Positions 54,167-64,000 of a stretch of 64,000 bases of DNA are shown here, piece by piece. The stretch's first letter is position 1. Each line of letters opens with the position of its first letter. The stretch is from contig JAEEOY010000274.1 in NCBI GenBank assembly GCA_016284515.1, positions 14,738 to 78,737 of the forward strand, given 5' to 3'. The notes beneath the pieces were generated by a model that searched no databases, was not told the origin of the DNA, and was given only the letters and a program-made list of their open reading frames with translations. The position numbers were made by a program, and so were the translations under genes. Origin of the DNA: Kiritimatiellia bacterium. GTDB taxonomy: Bacteria > Verrucomicrobiota > Kiritimatiellia > RFP12 > UBA1067.

Positions 54167-57100
54167 TCACCGGGCGACGCTCTCGAGCCGATACGCCCAG
54201 CTGACGGGCTTAGACGAATCGAAGCGGTACTTCCACATCGGCCCGGGGCCGCAAGAGGCGCCGCCAAGTCCAGTCTGGCGCGCGTCGATGTTGAGGCACA
54301 CCTCCGGACGCGGCACAAGCGCCGCGCGATAGCGGTCCTCGCCGTTCTTGAACGCAGCGAACCAGAGATCCTCCCAGGTGTAGTGCAGCGCCTGCACGAA
54401 GAGCGGCTCCGGACCAGTCACGCGAACGCCTCGTCCCGATTCGTCGGTAAACTCCGCCCAACGCACGTCGCACGCCATGCCGCTGTCCTGCGGACGCACA
54501 TAGCTCACGAACCTGTCAGTGACTGTCGACTCCCATACACCGAGGAAAGCAGACGTCTTGCGGTCGATGTAGTTCTCCTGCGGTCCGCGTCCGTAGAACT
54601 TCATCCGCTCCAGCTCCGGCGAAAGCCTTAGCGACACGCCGAGACGCGCGAGGACGGGAAGCTTTCCGTAAGGCTCGGACTTGTTGTCGACGTCGATCGA
54701 TCCGTCCGCATTGAACGTCCAGCTCGTAGTGTGCCTGAATCCGCACCCCTTCGCGCCGGCGACGTCTACTACTGCCGTCACCGTGGCGTTCGAGACGACG
54801 AGCGGCTCTGGATGGTAGCGCAGCTGCGAGAGCCCCGAGCCGAAGAAGCTGCGCGATCTCTCGTTGCGCCACGAATCGCCCGTCGCGATCCACTTGTCGT
54901 TGTCCGTGAATCCGCGAGCGCACGTGAGCCGCGGACCCGACGCAAACCCAGGAGCGGCATCGGAAAGTATCGCCGTCCCGTCCATCACGAGCTTCGAAAG
55001 CGTGCCCGTCCTTCGCGAGAACGTCGCGACTGTCTTTCCACAGCTGACGGTAAGCGCGTCGTCGGTTGAATCGAAACGGACGGCAGAAGCGTCTGCTGCT
55101 ACAGATTTCGCCTTCCGCTCTCCGGCGGCCAGCTGTATCTGGTCGCGAGCGACGATCCAACCGGCCTTCGCCCACGGCGCGTCTGTCCGAGTCGCGAAGG
55201 CGAAGTTGACGAAGAGTTCCTCCGTCTTCGAACGGCGAGCGACGGCATCGGCAAGTCCGACGGCATCGATCGTGCCGCGCGCAAGCGGCGCAACGGACGG
55301 AACCTTAACCGCGCCCTTCGCGACGGGCAGCCCGTCCGCGATCAGCTCCCAGCTTCCGTCGAACGCATTGGCGTCCGTAAAGCAGTTGCGGTTCAGGAGT
55401 TCGAACGATCCGTCGTCTCGCTTCGTCACGATGAGATTGCGGTGGACCTGTCCGACCTCGAGAAGCTTCGGCGTGACGTTGCGCTCTGGATCGATGACTC
55501 CGTTCACGCAGAACGGACCGTCGTTCGGCTGTTCGTCGAAATCCCCGCCGTATGCAAGAACGCGCACAGGCTTGCCATCGGGTCCGATGCGGTCCGTCTC
55601 CTTCCAGATCGCCTGGTCGATCCAGTCCCAGATGCAGCCGCCGACAAGAGACTCGTGGTTGTAGATGACATCCCAGTACTCCTGGAAGTTTCCGAGCGCG
55701 TTGCCCATCGCATGCGCGTATTCGCACATGAAGAACGGCTTGCCTGCGGAATACGCGGACTCGGGGCGGCTGTATTTGTCCTCCATCGTCTCGCCGTTCG
55801 CCGGTCCGTCGCCTAGCTTGCCCTTCTTGTCCACCCAGTCGACGTCGGGATACATGCGCGAGTCGACGTCAGCAAGCGTGTTGCCGCGCTCCCAGTGGAT
55901 GAGGCGCCCCGGATCGAGCTTGCGCACTGCGTCTATCGCATGGACAAAGCAGTCGCCGTGACCTGTCTCGTTGCCCATCGACCACATCGTGATGGACGGA
56001 TGGTTGCGGTAGAAAAGAACCTGCCTGACGTTGCGCTCAACGATCGTATGATCCCACTCGGGCTTGCGTCCTAGCCCGTTGTCGCCGTACGCTGGCTCGT
56101 GTCCCTCTACGTTCGCCTCCGCGACGACGTAAAGTCCGTAGCGGTCGCATAGATCGTACCAGAGATGGTGGTTCGGATAGTGCGACGTCCTGACGGTGTT
56201 GATGTTGTAGCGCTTCATCAGCGTGATGTCGCGTATCATGTCCTCGAGCGACACGGTGCGTCCGTTCTCCGGATTCGTCTCGTGCCTGTTAACGCCCTTG
56301 AGCTTCACCGGCATTCCGTTTACCATGAACGTGTGCCCGACGACCTTCTGCTCCTTGAAGCCGACCTTGAGCGAGCGGATGTCATCGTCCTTCTTCACGA
56401 CGAGCGTGTACAGGTACGGATCCTCGGCGCTCCAGAGGCGAGGTTTGAGTTGGAGTTGATAGTTGGAGTTGGAGACAGTAGCCAAGTCTCCGACTTTCTT
56501 CTGATCTGCGTCATAGAGTGAAGCAGACCCGCCGTTCTCCATTTTCAGCTCAAGGCTCCAGCTTTCATATCCGCCGTCAAGCGGCCGCGTCTTTACCGCC
56601 ACATCGCGTATTCCGTCCTTCGGGCGCGCATAGACGGTGACGTCGCGGAAGATACCGGAGAATCGGAACATGTCTTGGTCTTCGAGATAGCTGCCGTCGC
56701 ACCACCTAAACACCTGGACACAGAGGAGGTTCGCGGCATCGCTCAGATACTCCGTGATGTCGAACTCGGAGGGGAGCTTGGAGTCTTCGGCATAGCCGAC
56801 GCGCTTTCCGTTGACCCAGACGGTGTACGCCGAGTAGACGCCGTCAAAGCGGAGGATGACGTCGCGGCCTTCCCAGTCCGACGGAACGGTGAAAGTCGTG
56901 CGGTAGCTAGAAACCGGATTGTAGTCCGCCCGCCCTGTGTCGCGGTCGAGTATCTTCGGCGGCGTTATCTTGTGCGGATAGCGGACGTTCGTGTACATCG
57001 GAACTCCGTACCCGCGCATCTCGACGCAGGACGGCACGTCGATCGTTCCCCATGTCGAGTCGTCGAAATCCTCCTTCCAGAAGTCGAGCGGACGCCGCGC

Positions 57101-57346
57101 CGGATCGCCGACCCACTTGAAGCGCCAGTCTCCGTTGAGCGACTTGACGTACGGCGTCTCCGGAACGAGCGCGTCCGAAAGCGCCGCCTTCTCGTCCGCA
57201 AGCGGCGGCAGAAACGCCGCGGCCGGGAGACGGTTTATCGAATTTACGGACGTGTCGGCCCACGGTTCGGGCTGCGCCGCATCCCCCGCCGCGGCAACAG
57301 CCGCGAACGCAGGGACGCACATCATGAGAAAGAGGCTATTTTTCAT
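54167..57346 (-). CDS. GH2 beta-galactosidase (LacZ-like).
   Basis: 1059 aa with a signal peptide. GH2 sugar-binding, Ig-like and TIM-barrel regions. ...NRHETNPENGRTV...VRTSHYPNHHLWYDLCDRYGLYVVAEANVEGHE... is the GH2 catalytic region. Confidence 0.8.
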   Translation of the reverse strand: MKNSLFLMMCVPAFAAVAAAGDAAQPEPWADTSVNSINRLPAAAFLPPLADEKAALSDALVPETPYVKSLNGDWRFKWVGDPARRPLDFWKEDFDDSTWGTIDVPSCVEMRGYGVPMYTNVRYPHKITPPKILDRDTGRADYNPVSSYRTTFTVPSDWEGRDVILRFDGVYSAYTVWVNGKRVGYAEDSKLPSEFDITEYLSDAANLLCVQVFRWCDGSYLEDQDMFRFSGIFRDVTVYARPKDGIRDVAVKTRPLDGGYESWSLELKMENGGSASLYDADQKKVGDLATVSNSNYQLQLKPRLWSAEDPYLYTLVVKKDDDIRSLKVGFKEQKVVGHTFMVNGMPVKLKGVNRHETNPENGRTVSLEDMIRDITLMKRYNINTVRTSHYPNHHLWYDLCDRYGLYVVAEANVEGHEPAYGDNGLGRKPEWDHTIVERNVRQVLFYRNHPSITMWSMGNETGHGDCFVHAIDAVRKLDPGRLIHWERGNTLADVDSRMYPDVDWVDKKGKLGDGPANGETMEDKYSRPESAYSAGKPFFMCEYAHAMGNALGNFQEYWDVIYNHESLVGGCIWDWIDQAIWKETDRIGPDGKPVRVLAYGGDFDEQPNDGPFCVNGVIDPERNVTPKLLEVGQVHRNLIVTKRDDGSFELLNRNCFTDANAFDGSWELIADGLPVAKGAVKVPSVAPLARGTIDAVGLADAVARRSKTEELFVNFAFATRTDAPWAKAGWIVARDQIQLAAGERKAKSVAADASAVRFDSTDDALTVSCGKTVATFSRRTGTLSKLVMDGTAILSDAAPGFASGPRLTCARGFTDNDKWIATGDSWRNERSRSFFGSGLSQLRYHPEPLVVSNATVTAVVDVAGAKGCGFRHTTSWTFNADGSIDVDNKSEPYGKLPVLARLGVSLRLSPELERMKFYGRGPQENYIDRKTSAFLGVWESTVTDRFVSYVRPQDSGMACDVRWAEFTDESGRGVRVTGPEPLFVQALHYTWEDLWFAAFKNGEDRYRAALVPRPEVCLNIDARQTGLGGASCGPGPMWKYRFDSSKPVSWAYRLESVAR

Positions 57347-59422
57347 TTACATGTCAACCTTTGCGCTTAGGACATTTTCGGTGCATCCGGGCTGTCCGCC
57401 GCCGACGAAGAGTTCGTACGTGCCCTTCGCGAGCGACTGCTTGCCGTCCATCCCGAACTGCATCAGCTGCTCCTTCGTAAGCGTGAAGACGGCGTTCTTC
57501 GTCTCACCGGGCTTGAGCGTGATGCGCTTGAAGCCTTCGAGATGGTGAATGCGGCGGTCGCCGGAAGACTTCGGCGAGCGGACGTAGAGCTGCACTACTT
57601 CGTCGCCCGCCACCTTGCCGGTGTTGGTGACCTTCGCGCCGACCTTGACGGATCCGTCCGCGCCCTTCTTCATGCGGATGTCGGAATATGCGAACGTCGT
57701 GTAGGAGAGTCCGAATCCGAACGGGAAGAGAACGTTCGAATCCATGTAGCGGTAGCTATGTCCCGGGAGCTTGTAGTCCTCGAAGTCGGGAAGCTGATCG
57801 GGGTCCTTGCAGTAAGTGATCGGAAGGCGTCCGCCCGGATTCGTCTTGCCGAGAATCGCGCGCGCAATCGCGCGTCCGCCCTGCTCGCCAGGATACCACG
57901 CGATGATGAGCGCGTCGCAGAACTCCGCCGCCTCGCGCAGGTCAATCGCGCTTCCGCCAAACACGACGCCGACGATCTTCTTGTTCGGATTCTTCTCGCG
58001 GTCGGACCTGAGCTGGTTCGAAAGGTTGCTCCACATCGCGAGGCTCTTCTTGTCGTGCTCCTCGCCTTCGTCGCTCGGGCAGATGCCGAGGCACGCAATC
58101 GTGACGTTTCCGCCATGACCCTCCTCGACGACGATTTCAGGCCCAACCTCGCGGAGGAAGCCAGAAAGCACGGACACCGGATCGTCCGTCTCGCCGTTGT
58201 AGTTGCCCATGAGGACGTTCGTGTCCCTCGCGCGTCCCCACACGCCGATTGTGTTGATCTTCGACATGTCGAGCGGAAGTATTCCGTTGTTCTTGACGAG
58301 CACGAGCGACTTGTCCGCGACCTCAAGCGCGAGCGCCTTGTGCGCCGGAGAGGCGATGTCCTTCGCTCCGAGGTTGTCCCAAGGAGTCTTTGCATTCTGG
58401 TCGAGATCGCCGAGAAGCGCGCGCGTCGTGAGAATGTTTACGACGGCGTCCTTGAGAAGGTCCTTCTTGATCTTCCCCTCCTTCATCGGACCGCGCAGCT
58501 GGTGGTACGTTCCCTCGCTGCAGAGATCGAGTCCGCCCGCGATAGTCGCAAGGCTCGCCTCGACCTTGTCGGCCTTGAAATGGTGCTTTGCGGAAATGTC
58601 CTCCACGGCTCCGACATCGCTCACAACGGTCCCCTTGAAGCCCCACTCCTTGCGGAGGATGTCCTTGAGAAGCGTCGAATTCGCGCAGCACGGCTCGCCG
58701 TTGACAGCGGAATAAGCGCCCATCACGCTTTCAACTTCCGCATCGCAGACGAGCGCCTTGAATGCGGGCAGATAGTATTCGTATAGATCGCGCTTGTCGA
58801 CATTTACGTTGAACTCATGGCGCTTCTTCTCGGGGCCGGAGTGGACTGCGTAGTGCTTCGCGCACGCGACAGCCTTGAAGTACTTCGGGTCGTCCCCCTG
58901 GATGCCCCTAACAAACGCCGAGCCCATCACGCCGGAAAGATACGGATCCTCGCCGAACGTCTCCTGTCCGCGCCCCCAGCGCGGATCGCGGAACATATTG
59001 ACGTTCGGGCTCCACAGCGAGAGGCACCTGTTGCCGCCGCGCTGGTTGCGCGCGCGGAATAGGTTCGCCTTCGCGCGCGCCTCTGTCGATATGGCGTCTG
59101 CCATGCGGAATTCAAGATCGGCGTCGAACGTCGCACCCGCTCCTATCGCCTGCGGGAACACGGTAGCGAGCCCGGCGCGCGCGTATCCGTGCAGCGCCTC
59201 GCTCCACCAGTGGAAACGGGGAAGCCCCAGACGCTTGATCTCCGGGTTGTCCATCATCGCCATCTGGACGGTCTCGTCTGGCGTGAGCTGTTCGTATATC
59301 TTCGTCGCCTCAGCGACAGCCTCCGCACGGCGCGCGGCCGTCGGAACTGCATAGAGCTGCGTTGCGGCCAGAGCGGCCGTGCCGATAATCAAGTGTTTCT
59401 TCATTTGGGTCCTCAGTTTCAT
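57347..59422 (-). CDS. GH3 glycoside hydrolase, paralog 3.
   Basis: Signal peptide. HWWSEALHGYARAGLATVFPQAIG, KHYAVHSGPE and SDVGAV. Its stop abuts the GH2 start. Confidence 0.8.
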   Translation of the reverse strand: MKLRTQMKKHLIIGTAALAATQLYAVPTAARRAEAVAEATKIYEQLTPDETVQMAMMDNPEIKRLGLPRFHWWSEALHGYARAGLATVFPQAIGAGATFDADLEFRMADAISTEARAKANLFRARNQRGGNRCLSLWSPNVNMFRDPRWGRGQETFGEDPYLSGVMGSAFVRGIQGDDPKYFKAVACAKHYAVHSGPEKKRHEFNVNVDKRDLYEYYLPAFKALVCDAEVESVMGAYSAVNGEPCCANSTLLKDILRKEWGFKGTVVSDVGAVEDISAKHHFKADKVEASLATIAGGLDLCSEGTYHQLRGPMKEGKIKKDLLKDAVVNILTTRALLGDLDQNAKTPWDNLGAKDIASPAHKALALEVADKSLVLVKNNGILPLDMSKINTIGVWGRARDTNVLMGNYNGETDDPVSVLSGFLREVGPEIVVEEGHGGNVTIACLGICPSDEGEEHDKKSLAMWSNLSNQLRSDREKNPNKKIVGVVFGGSAIDLREAAEFCDALIIAWYPGEQGGRAIARAILGKTNPGGRLPITYCKDPDQLPDFEDYKLPGHSYRYMDSNVLFPFGFGLSYTTFAYSDIRMKKGADGSVKVGAKVTNTGKVAGDEVVQLYVRSPKSSGDRRIHHLEGFKRITLKPGETKNAVFTLTKEQLMQFGMDGKQSLAKGTYELFVGGGQPGCTENVLSAKVDM

Positions 59423-59435
59423 TATTTGAATATAT

Positions 59436-62400
59436 TTACTCCACCACCGTCGTCTCGTCGCGGACGCGGAAGAATGCCGAAGGCGAAGCTGACTGCAGCG
59501 AAATCTTCATCTCCCCGTTCGTCCCTTCGACAAATCCGCCATAAGGCTTGAATGACGCGAGATCAAGCGTTTCAGAACTGTACACGCGGTAGGTCCGCCC
59601 CGCGATGCCCTTCCACGAGATCGATATTTCCGTTCCGCACGCTCCGAAATCCGAAAGATAAAGCGGCGACCCCGCGTCGTTCGGATCCGTCCCCGAAAGA
59701 TACTCCTCGCGGTTCGAGAATCCGTCGCCGTCCGGATCAGCCTCAGGGTCGACTCCGCCGTTCTGGAGAAAATGCCTGCGCTCCCACGCATCGGGCAAAC
59801 CGTTCCCGTCGATGTCCTGCGGATCGAGCTCCTCCACGATTGCGAACTTAACCGCATCGGCGATGACTGTCTTGTCCTTCTGTCCGTTGGTTAGAATCCG
59901 CACAGATCCCGAATTCCCATTCTTGAACGGCCATCTGCCGATTGCGTTCCAGACGGACGACTTTCGCGTCATGTCGACTAAATTGGTCGCGACGCCTCCG
60001 TCATAGACAATTTCGACTGGAACAGCCGATCCGCGCGAGTCGCCTCCGTTCCAGAAAAGCGACACGACATAAGTCGCGTTCGACGGTATCTCCGGAGTGA
60101 ACCTGACCCACAGATCGTTCGACGCGATCTTATTGTTGTGGAGATAGTCCGCTCCATAGCGGTCGGAGTTGTAGTTGCTTACCGGCCACTCGCCGGAAAT
60201 CTCAACGCCCGACGCATCCGCATTGTCCACGATGACGGACGCAATCTCCCTCGAAGTCTCCACCTTCGGCCAGGTGTATTCGTTCTTCTTGTTGATGAGC
60301 GCCTGGAGCTCGACGGTCTTCGCGGCGTCGCGGTAGATTTCGCTCGGACGGCACGCGTACTTCTTGCAGAGCGAAGCAGCATATCCCGCAGCGACGCCCT
60401 GCTGTCCGCCCGCGTGCATCACGCGGCTCGACCCGAAGGCGACGTGAGTGTAGCTTGCGCAGCGTCCGGCAAGAAACAGGTTCGGCACGTCGCGGCAGCA
60501 AAGCGAACGATAGGGCATCCACCACCGTCCGTACCTGTAGTGCGTCGTCGCGGCGATGAATCCCGAGTTTCCGTCCTTGCGGTGAAGGTCAACGGACCAT
60601 GTTGCGATTCCAATCGCGTCCTCGAACTGACGGTGGTCAATGATGTCCTTCTCGCGGACGACGTAGTCGCCGACTATGCGGCGCGACTCGCGCTTGCCTG
60701 CGATATACGGCACCCAGTTGAAGACGAGCTTCTCGTTCCCGGCCTTCGCCTTCGTGTTGGAGAAGCTTCCGTAGATCGCGCGGAAAAGCCGGTCGCGCAG
60801 CATCTCAGCGTCGTAGATTGTGTCCTCCTCAGGATCAAGCCCCGCCTCCCAAGTCCAGCCGCCTGCGGTGTCCGCACGGTTTCCGCTCACCTTCGTCGCC
60901 CAGGGAACAGACGGGAACACGTACGCGGTGTCGTTTGTCTTCGTATTCCAGAGGAGGCTGTTTCCCATCGTACTCGTGTCCGCGACGTCCTGTCCGTGCG
61001 TCGGCTCGTCGTATTCAGTCTTCGCCTCGCGTCCGAGCATAAATTCAGCTCCCGCCCAGTATCCGATCCAACCGTCGCCCGTCGAGTCCACGTAGAGCGG
61101 CGCGACGAACCTGCGCCTCGCGCCAGTTTCGATGTTCCGTGCATCAACCGCGACAATCTTCCGCTGCGCGTTCGTCTCGACTCCGTACGCACGCCAGCCG
61201 AGGTGCGAGGCGATGCCGTACGACTCGACGACAGCAAGTCTGTTGGCGTCGTCGGCTTTCTTGTCCGCAGCGTTTACCGTGTTGTTGCGAACAGCCTTGA
61301 CGATCCAGTGGAATTCGTCGCCTTCGTTCTCCGTCCGTACGCGAATTTCGTCGCTAGCGTTTCCGCCGAGCATCGGGCGGTCGTGCACAATCGCGACAGA
61401 GAGTCCCGCATCAGCCGCCGCTATCGCAGCGCACACTCCGGCGATTCCTCCGCCCACGACAACGAGATCGGCATTGACGACATCTTCGGGCGCGGCGGAT
61501 TCGCCGCGCTTCTCCGCGCGCCACGCGGCGAGCGAGTCGGCATCGTTCGGCGGCGGATTCGTCGCGGCGACGGACGTGAAGTACACCGCATCACAGCGTC
61601 CCTCGAATCCCGTGAGGTCCTTAAGAGAGACAGTCTGCGGACCTGCCTCGACGCGGACTAATCCCGCGTCGATCCATCCCCAGTCGGCAGGAGATACGCC
61701 GAGTGTAGAGGGAAGCGTAGTTCCACCGACGGCGAGGCGGAATCGTCCTGGCTTCTCGCCATCCCAGTCTGGAGTCCAGTCGCGGGTACGAACCCATGCG
61801 CGGACGAGTCCGCCGAATCCGAAATCGACGTTCGTCTCCGCATCTGCGACAGGTTCGCCCATGCCGTGCGCGAGAAGATATGGCGAGCCCATCACGTCGA
61901 CGAACTGCGGATCGACGACCCATCCGCCCTTCGACGCAAACGACTCCGCCTCGACGAGCGCATCCGTTCCGCTCATGAACGGCGACTCCGCAAGCGCGGC
62001 AAACCACTTCGACGCCATGAGCCGCGCTCCGGTCTCCGTCGGATGAACCTTGTCGTCGATGCAGTGAACTGTCCAGTCCCATCCGTCCGCCATGTCTACG
62101 ACGCGGACCGGCGAGGCCGCGGTGTTCAGTTCGGCGGCAAGCGCGCCTATTGCATCGTTGAGCGCGGGGATGTAGCTGTACTTGGGGAGCTTTCCGCTCG
62201 TAATCACCTTCGCATAAAGGACCGTCACATTCGGATTCTGCGCACGAGCCGCGGCTATGATGCGCGCGTGAGCGTTCGTCGCTGCGGCGATTATCTCCGC
62301 TTCTGGCCTGTACGCAGGATTGGCAGTATCTGGATCGACGTTGTAGTTGTGTCCGGCATGGAGGAGAAGGACATCCGCCCTATCGTTTTCTGCGTTTGCA

Positions 62401-63272
62401 ATGTATTGCGAGGCAATTTCCGCCGCGTTCTTTCCGCTCCAGCCTTCGTTCGGAAGATCGTTGCCGGAATTAGGCGAAACATGCGAGCCCTTCCATTCGA
62501 CGTCGCCGAATCCGCTCTCGGCGATCATTGCGGAAAGGTACGTGCGGTACGTCCACTTGTGCGCCGCTCCGGCATAGTTCGCACCCTCCGTTATCGAGTC
62601 GCCGACGCAGCAGACGGAAAAGCGCGGCAGATCCGCCGCTGGGAAGAGCTGAATCTCGGAAATGCCGTTGTAGTTCAGCACAGCCTTTCCGTCATCCCAG
62701 TCGTCAAGCGCGACGAGCGCGACATAACGTGCGGCGGCGGGCTTGTCGAACGAGAAATACTCGCCTTTGTAGTCGGCAGTGCCGGTTGCACGCGCAAGGC
62801 GATTGGAGAGAACGAGCGAATAGTTCGACTGGATGTCGGCTGCCGACGTCTTCCATCCCTCGCCAGTGGAGACATACAGCTTGAACTCCCTGACACCACG
62901 CTCCGTGAAGGTTGTCCCGTTCTTTGCAAAGTTGAAGTTGTAGAGCCTCACGCCGTCGAGGCGGACGACTTTGCCGAGATCAACCTGGATGTACCACGGG
63001 AATGATCCAGAAGCGTTCGATGACAGCATGAACATCTCGTTGTCCGCAGTCACGCCGCAAGTGCCGTCCGCGGCGATCCCGCTTCCGTTGAAAGCGGTCA
63101 CCGCGCCGCGGTTGGCGTAGGCAGACGGCGTTCCCGCCGCGGTGTTTCCGGCGATGCAGCATTTTGCCGCGATGTCGGAGAGGTCGAGCGGTTGCACTCC
63201 GCCGTCGGCGTACGCGACAGCAGTCGCAAGGACAGCGGCCGGGGCCAGCAGTTGTCGGAGTAGTGTTTTCAT
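59436..63272 (-). CDS. Multidomain secreted protein of 1278 aa: N-terminal beta-sandwich, SGNH/GDSL esterase, a PF12831-like FAD-dependent oxidoreductase domain and a C-terminal dockerin/TSP3-like calcium-binding module.
   Basis: Signal peptide. SGNH blocks FSVCCVGDSITEG and DKVHPTETGARLMASKW. FAD-binding GxGxxG ADLVVVGGGIAGVCAAIAAADAGLSVAIVHDRPMLGGNAS. C-terminal DIDGNGLPDAWE...DPDGDGFSNREEY loops. Confidence 0.6.
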   Translation of the reverse strand: MKTLLRQLLAPAAVLATAVAYADGGVQPLDLSDIAAKCCIAGNTAAGTPSAYANRGAVTAFNGSGIAADGTCGVTADNEMFMLSSNASGSFPWYIQVDLGKVVRLDGVRLYNFNFAKNGTTFTERGVREFKLYVSTGEGWKTSAADIQSNYSLVLSNRLARATGTADYKGEYFSFDKPAAARYVALVALDDWDDGKAVLNYNGISEIQLFPAADLPRFSVCCVGDSITEGANYAGAAHKWTYRTYLSAMIAESGFGDVEWKGSHVSPNSGNDLPNEGWSGKNAAEIASQYIANAENDRADVLLLHAGHNYNVDPDTANPAYRPEAEIIAAATNAHARIIAAARAQNPNVTVLYAKVITSGKLPKYSYIPALNDAIGALAAELNTAASPVRVVDMADGWDWTVHCIDDKVHPTETGARLMASKWFAALAESPFMSGTDALVEAESFASKGGWVVDPQFVDVMGSPYLLAHGMGEPVADAETNVDFGFGGLVRAWVRTRDWTPDWDGEKPGRFRLAVGGTTLPSTLGVSPADWGWIDAGLVRVEAGPQTVSLKDLTGFEGRCDAVYFTSVAATNPPPNDADSLAAWRAEKRGESAAPEDVVNADLVVVGGGIAGVCAAIAAADAGLSVAIVHDRPMLGGNASDEIRVRTENEGDEFHWIVKAVRNNTVNAADKKADDANRLAVVESYGIASHLGWRAYGVETNAQRKIVAVDARNIETGARRRFVAPLYVDSTGDGWIGYWAGAEFMLGREAKTEYDEPTHGQDVADTSTMGNSLLWNTKTNDTAYVFPSVPWATKVSGNRADTAGGWTWEAGLDPEEDTIYDAEMLRDRLFRAIYGSFSNTKAKAGNEKLVFNWVPYIAGKRESRRIVGDYVVREKDIIDHRQFEDAIGIATWSVDLHRKDGNSGFIAATTHYRYGRWWMPYRSLCCRDVPNLFLAGRCASYTHVAFGSSRVMHAGGQQGVAAGYAASLCKKYACRPSEIYRDAAKTVELQALINKKNEYTWPKVETSREIASVIVDNADASGVEISGEWPVSNYNSDRYGADYLHNNKIASNDLWVRFTPEIPSNATYVVSLFWNGGDSRGSAVPVEIVYDGGVATNLVDMTRKSSVWNAIGRWPFKNGNSGSVRILTNGQKDKTVIADAVKFAIVEELDPQDIDGNGLPDAWERRHFLQNGGVDPEADPDGDGFSNREEYLSGTDPNDAGSPLYLSDFGACGTEISISWKGIAGRTYRVYSSETLDLASFKPYGGFVEGTNGEMKISLQSASPSAFFRVRDETTVVE

Positions 63273-63284
63273 GTTTCTGGTTTC

Positions 63285-64000
63285 TTAGCGAATTCGCACG
63301 TTAAGGCCCGAGGAGACGACGTCCGCGATGAGCGAGCCGTGCTGCACCTTAACTCTGATCTTATACCTGCCGTCCGCAGTGCACGGCGTACAGGTCCAGT
63401 CCGCGATTCCTGGCGCGACGAGCGAGCCGAAGGTGCCGAGCGTGTAGGTGCCTATCCGTGCGCGCCCGGCGAACGAAATGACTATCTCGCCTTCCGCAGG
63501 GAGCTTCAGCGTCGCGTCGCCAATGTCGAACGCGTCGAGGGCCGTCTTCGTCTCGCCGTCAAGAGTGAACGGAAGTGTCGCCGCCGTGAACTCAAGTGTT
63601 CCGGTGAAGTTCTCAAACTGAGGAAGGTCCTTCGGACGCTGCGCCCTCACCGTTCCAGCTCCGCTTACAGTCGCGCCGGTCCAGTCCGCATATCCTGGCG
63701 GCAGCATGTTAAGCCACTTCTTCATAAGGTACGCCTCGATCTCGCCGCGCGTAACTACGCTGAGCACATTGCTGAACAGCACGATCTCGCCGAACACCTC
63801 GTATGCCTGCTCTGGGTCTGAACCGGCATTGTAGAGACCGAAAAAGCCCGCCTGGAACGCATTGCCGTCCGTCGTAAACGAGAACAGCTCCGGCGCCCCA
63901 GTGAAACCTGTGGTCGTGCCGTCGACTTTACGCCCGTTGATCCTGGTCTCTCCGCCGGTAAGAATCGACGAAGTGCCGCTGCCCCAAATCGGAGCAGTAT
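63285..64000 (-). CDS. C-terminal part of a further secreted protein that runs past the window end; probably beta-rich or lectin-like.
   Basis: The reading frame is open to position 64000 (…APIWGSGTSSILTGGETRINGRKVDGTTTGFTGAPELFSFTTDGNAFQAGFFGLYNAGSDPEQAYEVFGEIVLF…). The ORF track shows only a GTG-initiated 170-aa tail. Confidence 0.45.
   Translation of the reverse strand, partial: TAPIWGSGTSSILTGGETRINGRKVDGTTTGFTGAPELFSFTTDGNAFQAGFFGLYNAGSDPEQAYEVFGEIVLFSNVLSVVTRGEIEAYLMKKWLNMLPPGYADWTGATVSGAGTVRAQRPKDLPQFENFTGTLEFTAATLPFTLDGETKTALDAFDIGDATLKLPAEGEIVISFAGRARIGTYTLGTFGSLVAPGIADWTCTPCTADGRYKIRVKVQHGSLIADVVSSGLNVRIR

Overview
High-GC bacterial chromosomal segment. Every confidently called gene is on the minus strand. 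There are three blocks. (i) 1-2.7 kb is the tail of a cell-envelope/EPS operon: a partial WecA/MraY-family glycosyl-1-phosphate transferase, an exosortase with fused EpsI-like domain, and a membrane protein. (ii) About 2.7-30.4 kb is a ~27.7-kb integrated temperate prophage. Its calls are a tyrosine integrase at the right end, SSB, an Xis-like HTH protein, two RHH proteins, a replication protein, a ParB-nuclease/methyltransferase fusion plus a second ParB-like protein, a GpA-like large terminase, portal, ClpP-type prohead protease/scaffold, major capsid protein, a 1039-aa fibre/spike with YadA-like and BspA-like repeats, and a TMP-like protein. Its four inferred transcription units have promoters preceded upstream, or unit ends followed, by copies of a repeated noncoding element family. 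Three paralogous Cys4 zinc-ribbon mini-proteins and an iteron/palindrome array next to int are also present. (iii) 30.4-64 kb is host DNA: glgB, birA, a DegT-family aminotransferase, a BatD-like membrane protein, a tonB-exbD-exbB cluster, and a dense glycan-degradation locus. That locus holds GH95, three GH3, GH2, two SGNH esterase fusions (one with DUF1080, one with a PF12831-type FAD oxidoreductase and a dockerin-like tail), an acyltransferase-3, and a 1880-aa PA14/beta-helix surface protein. A recurring extended -10 promoter (TGnTATAAT), often placed for leaderless starts, and a shared ~45-bp upstream element linking two operons of the glycan locus were read directly from the sequence. No rRNA, tRNA or CRISPR was seen. 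All calls are from reading the sequence without tools. Family assignments rest on recognisable motifs and should be confirmed by HMM/BLAST searches.
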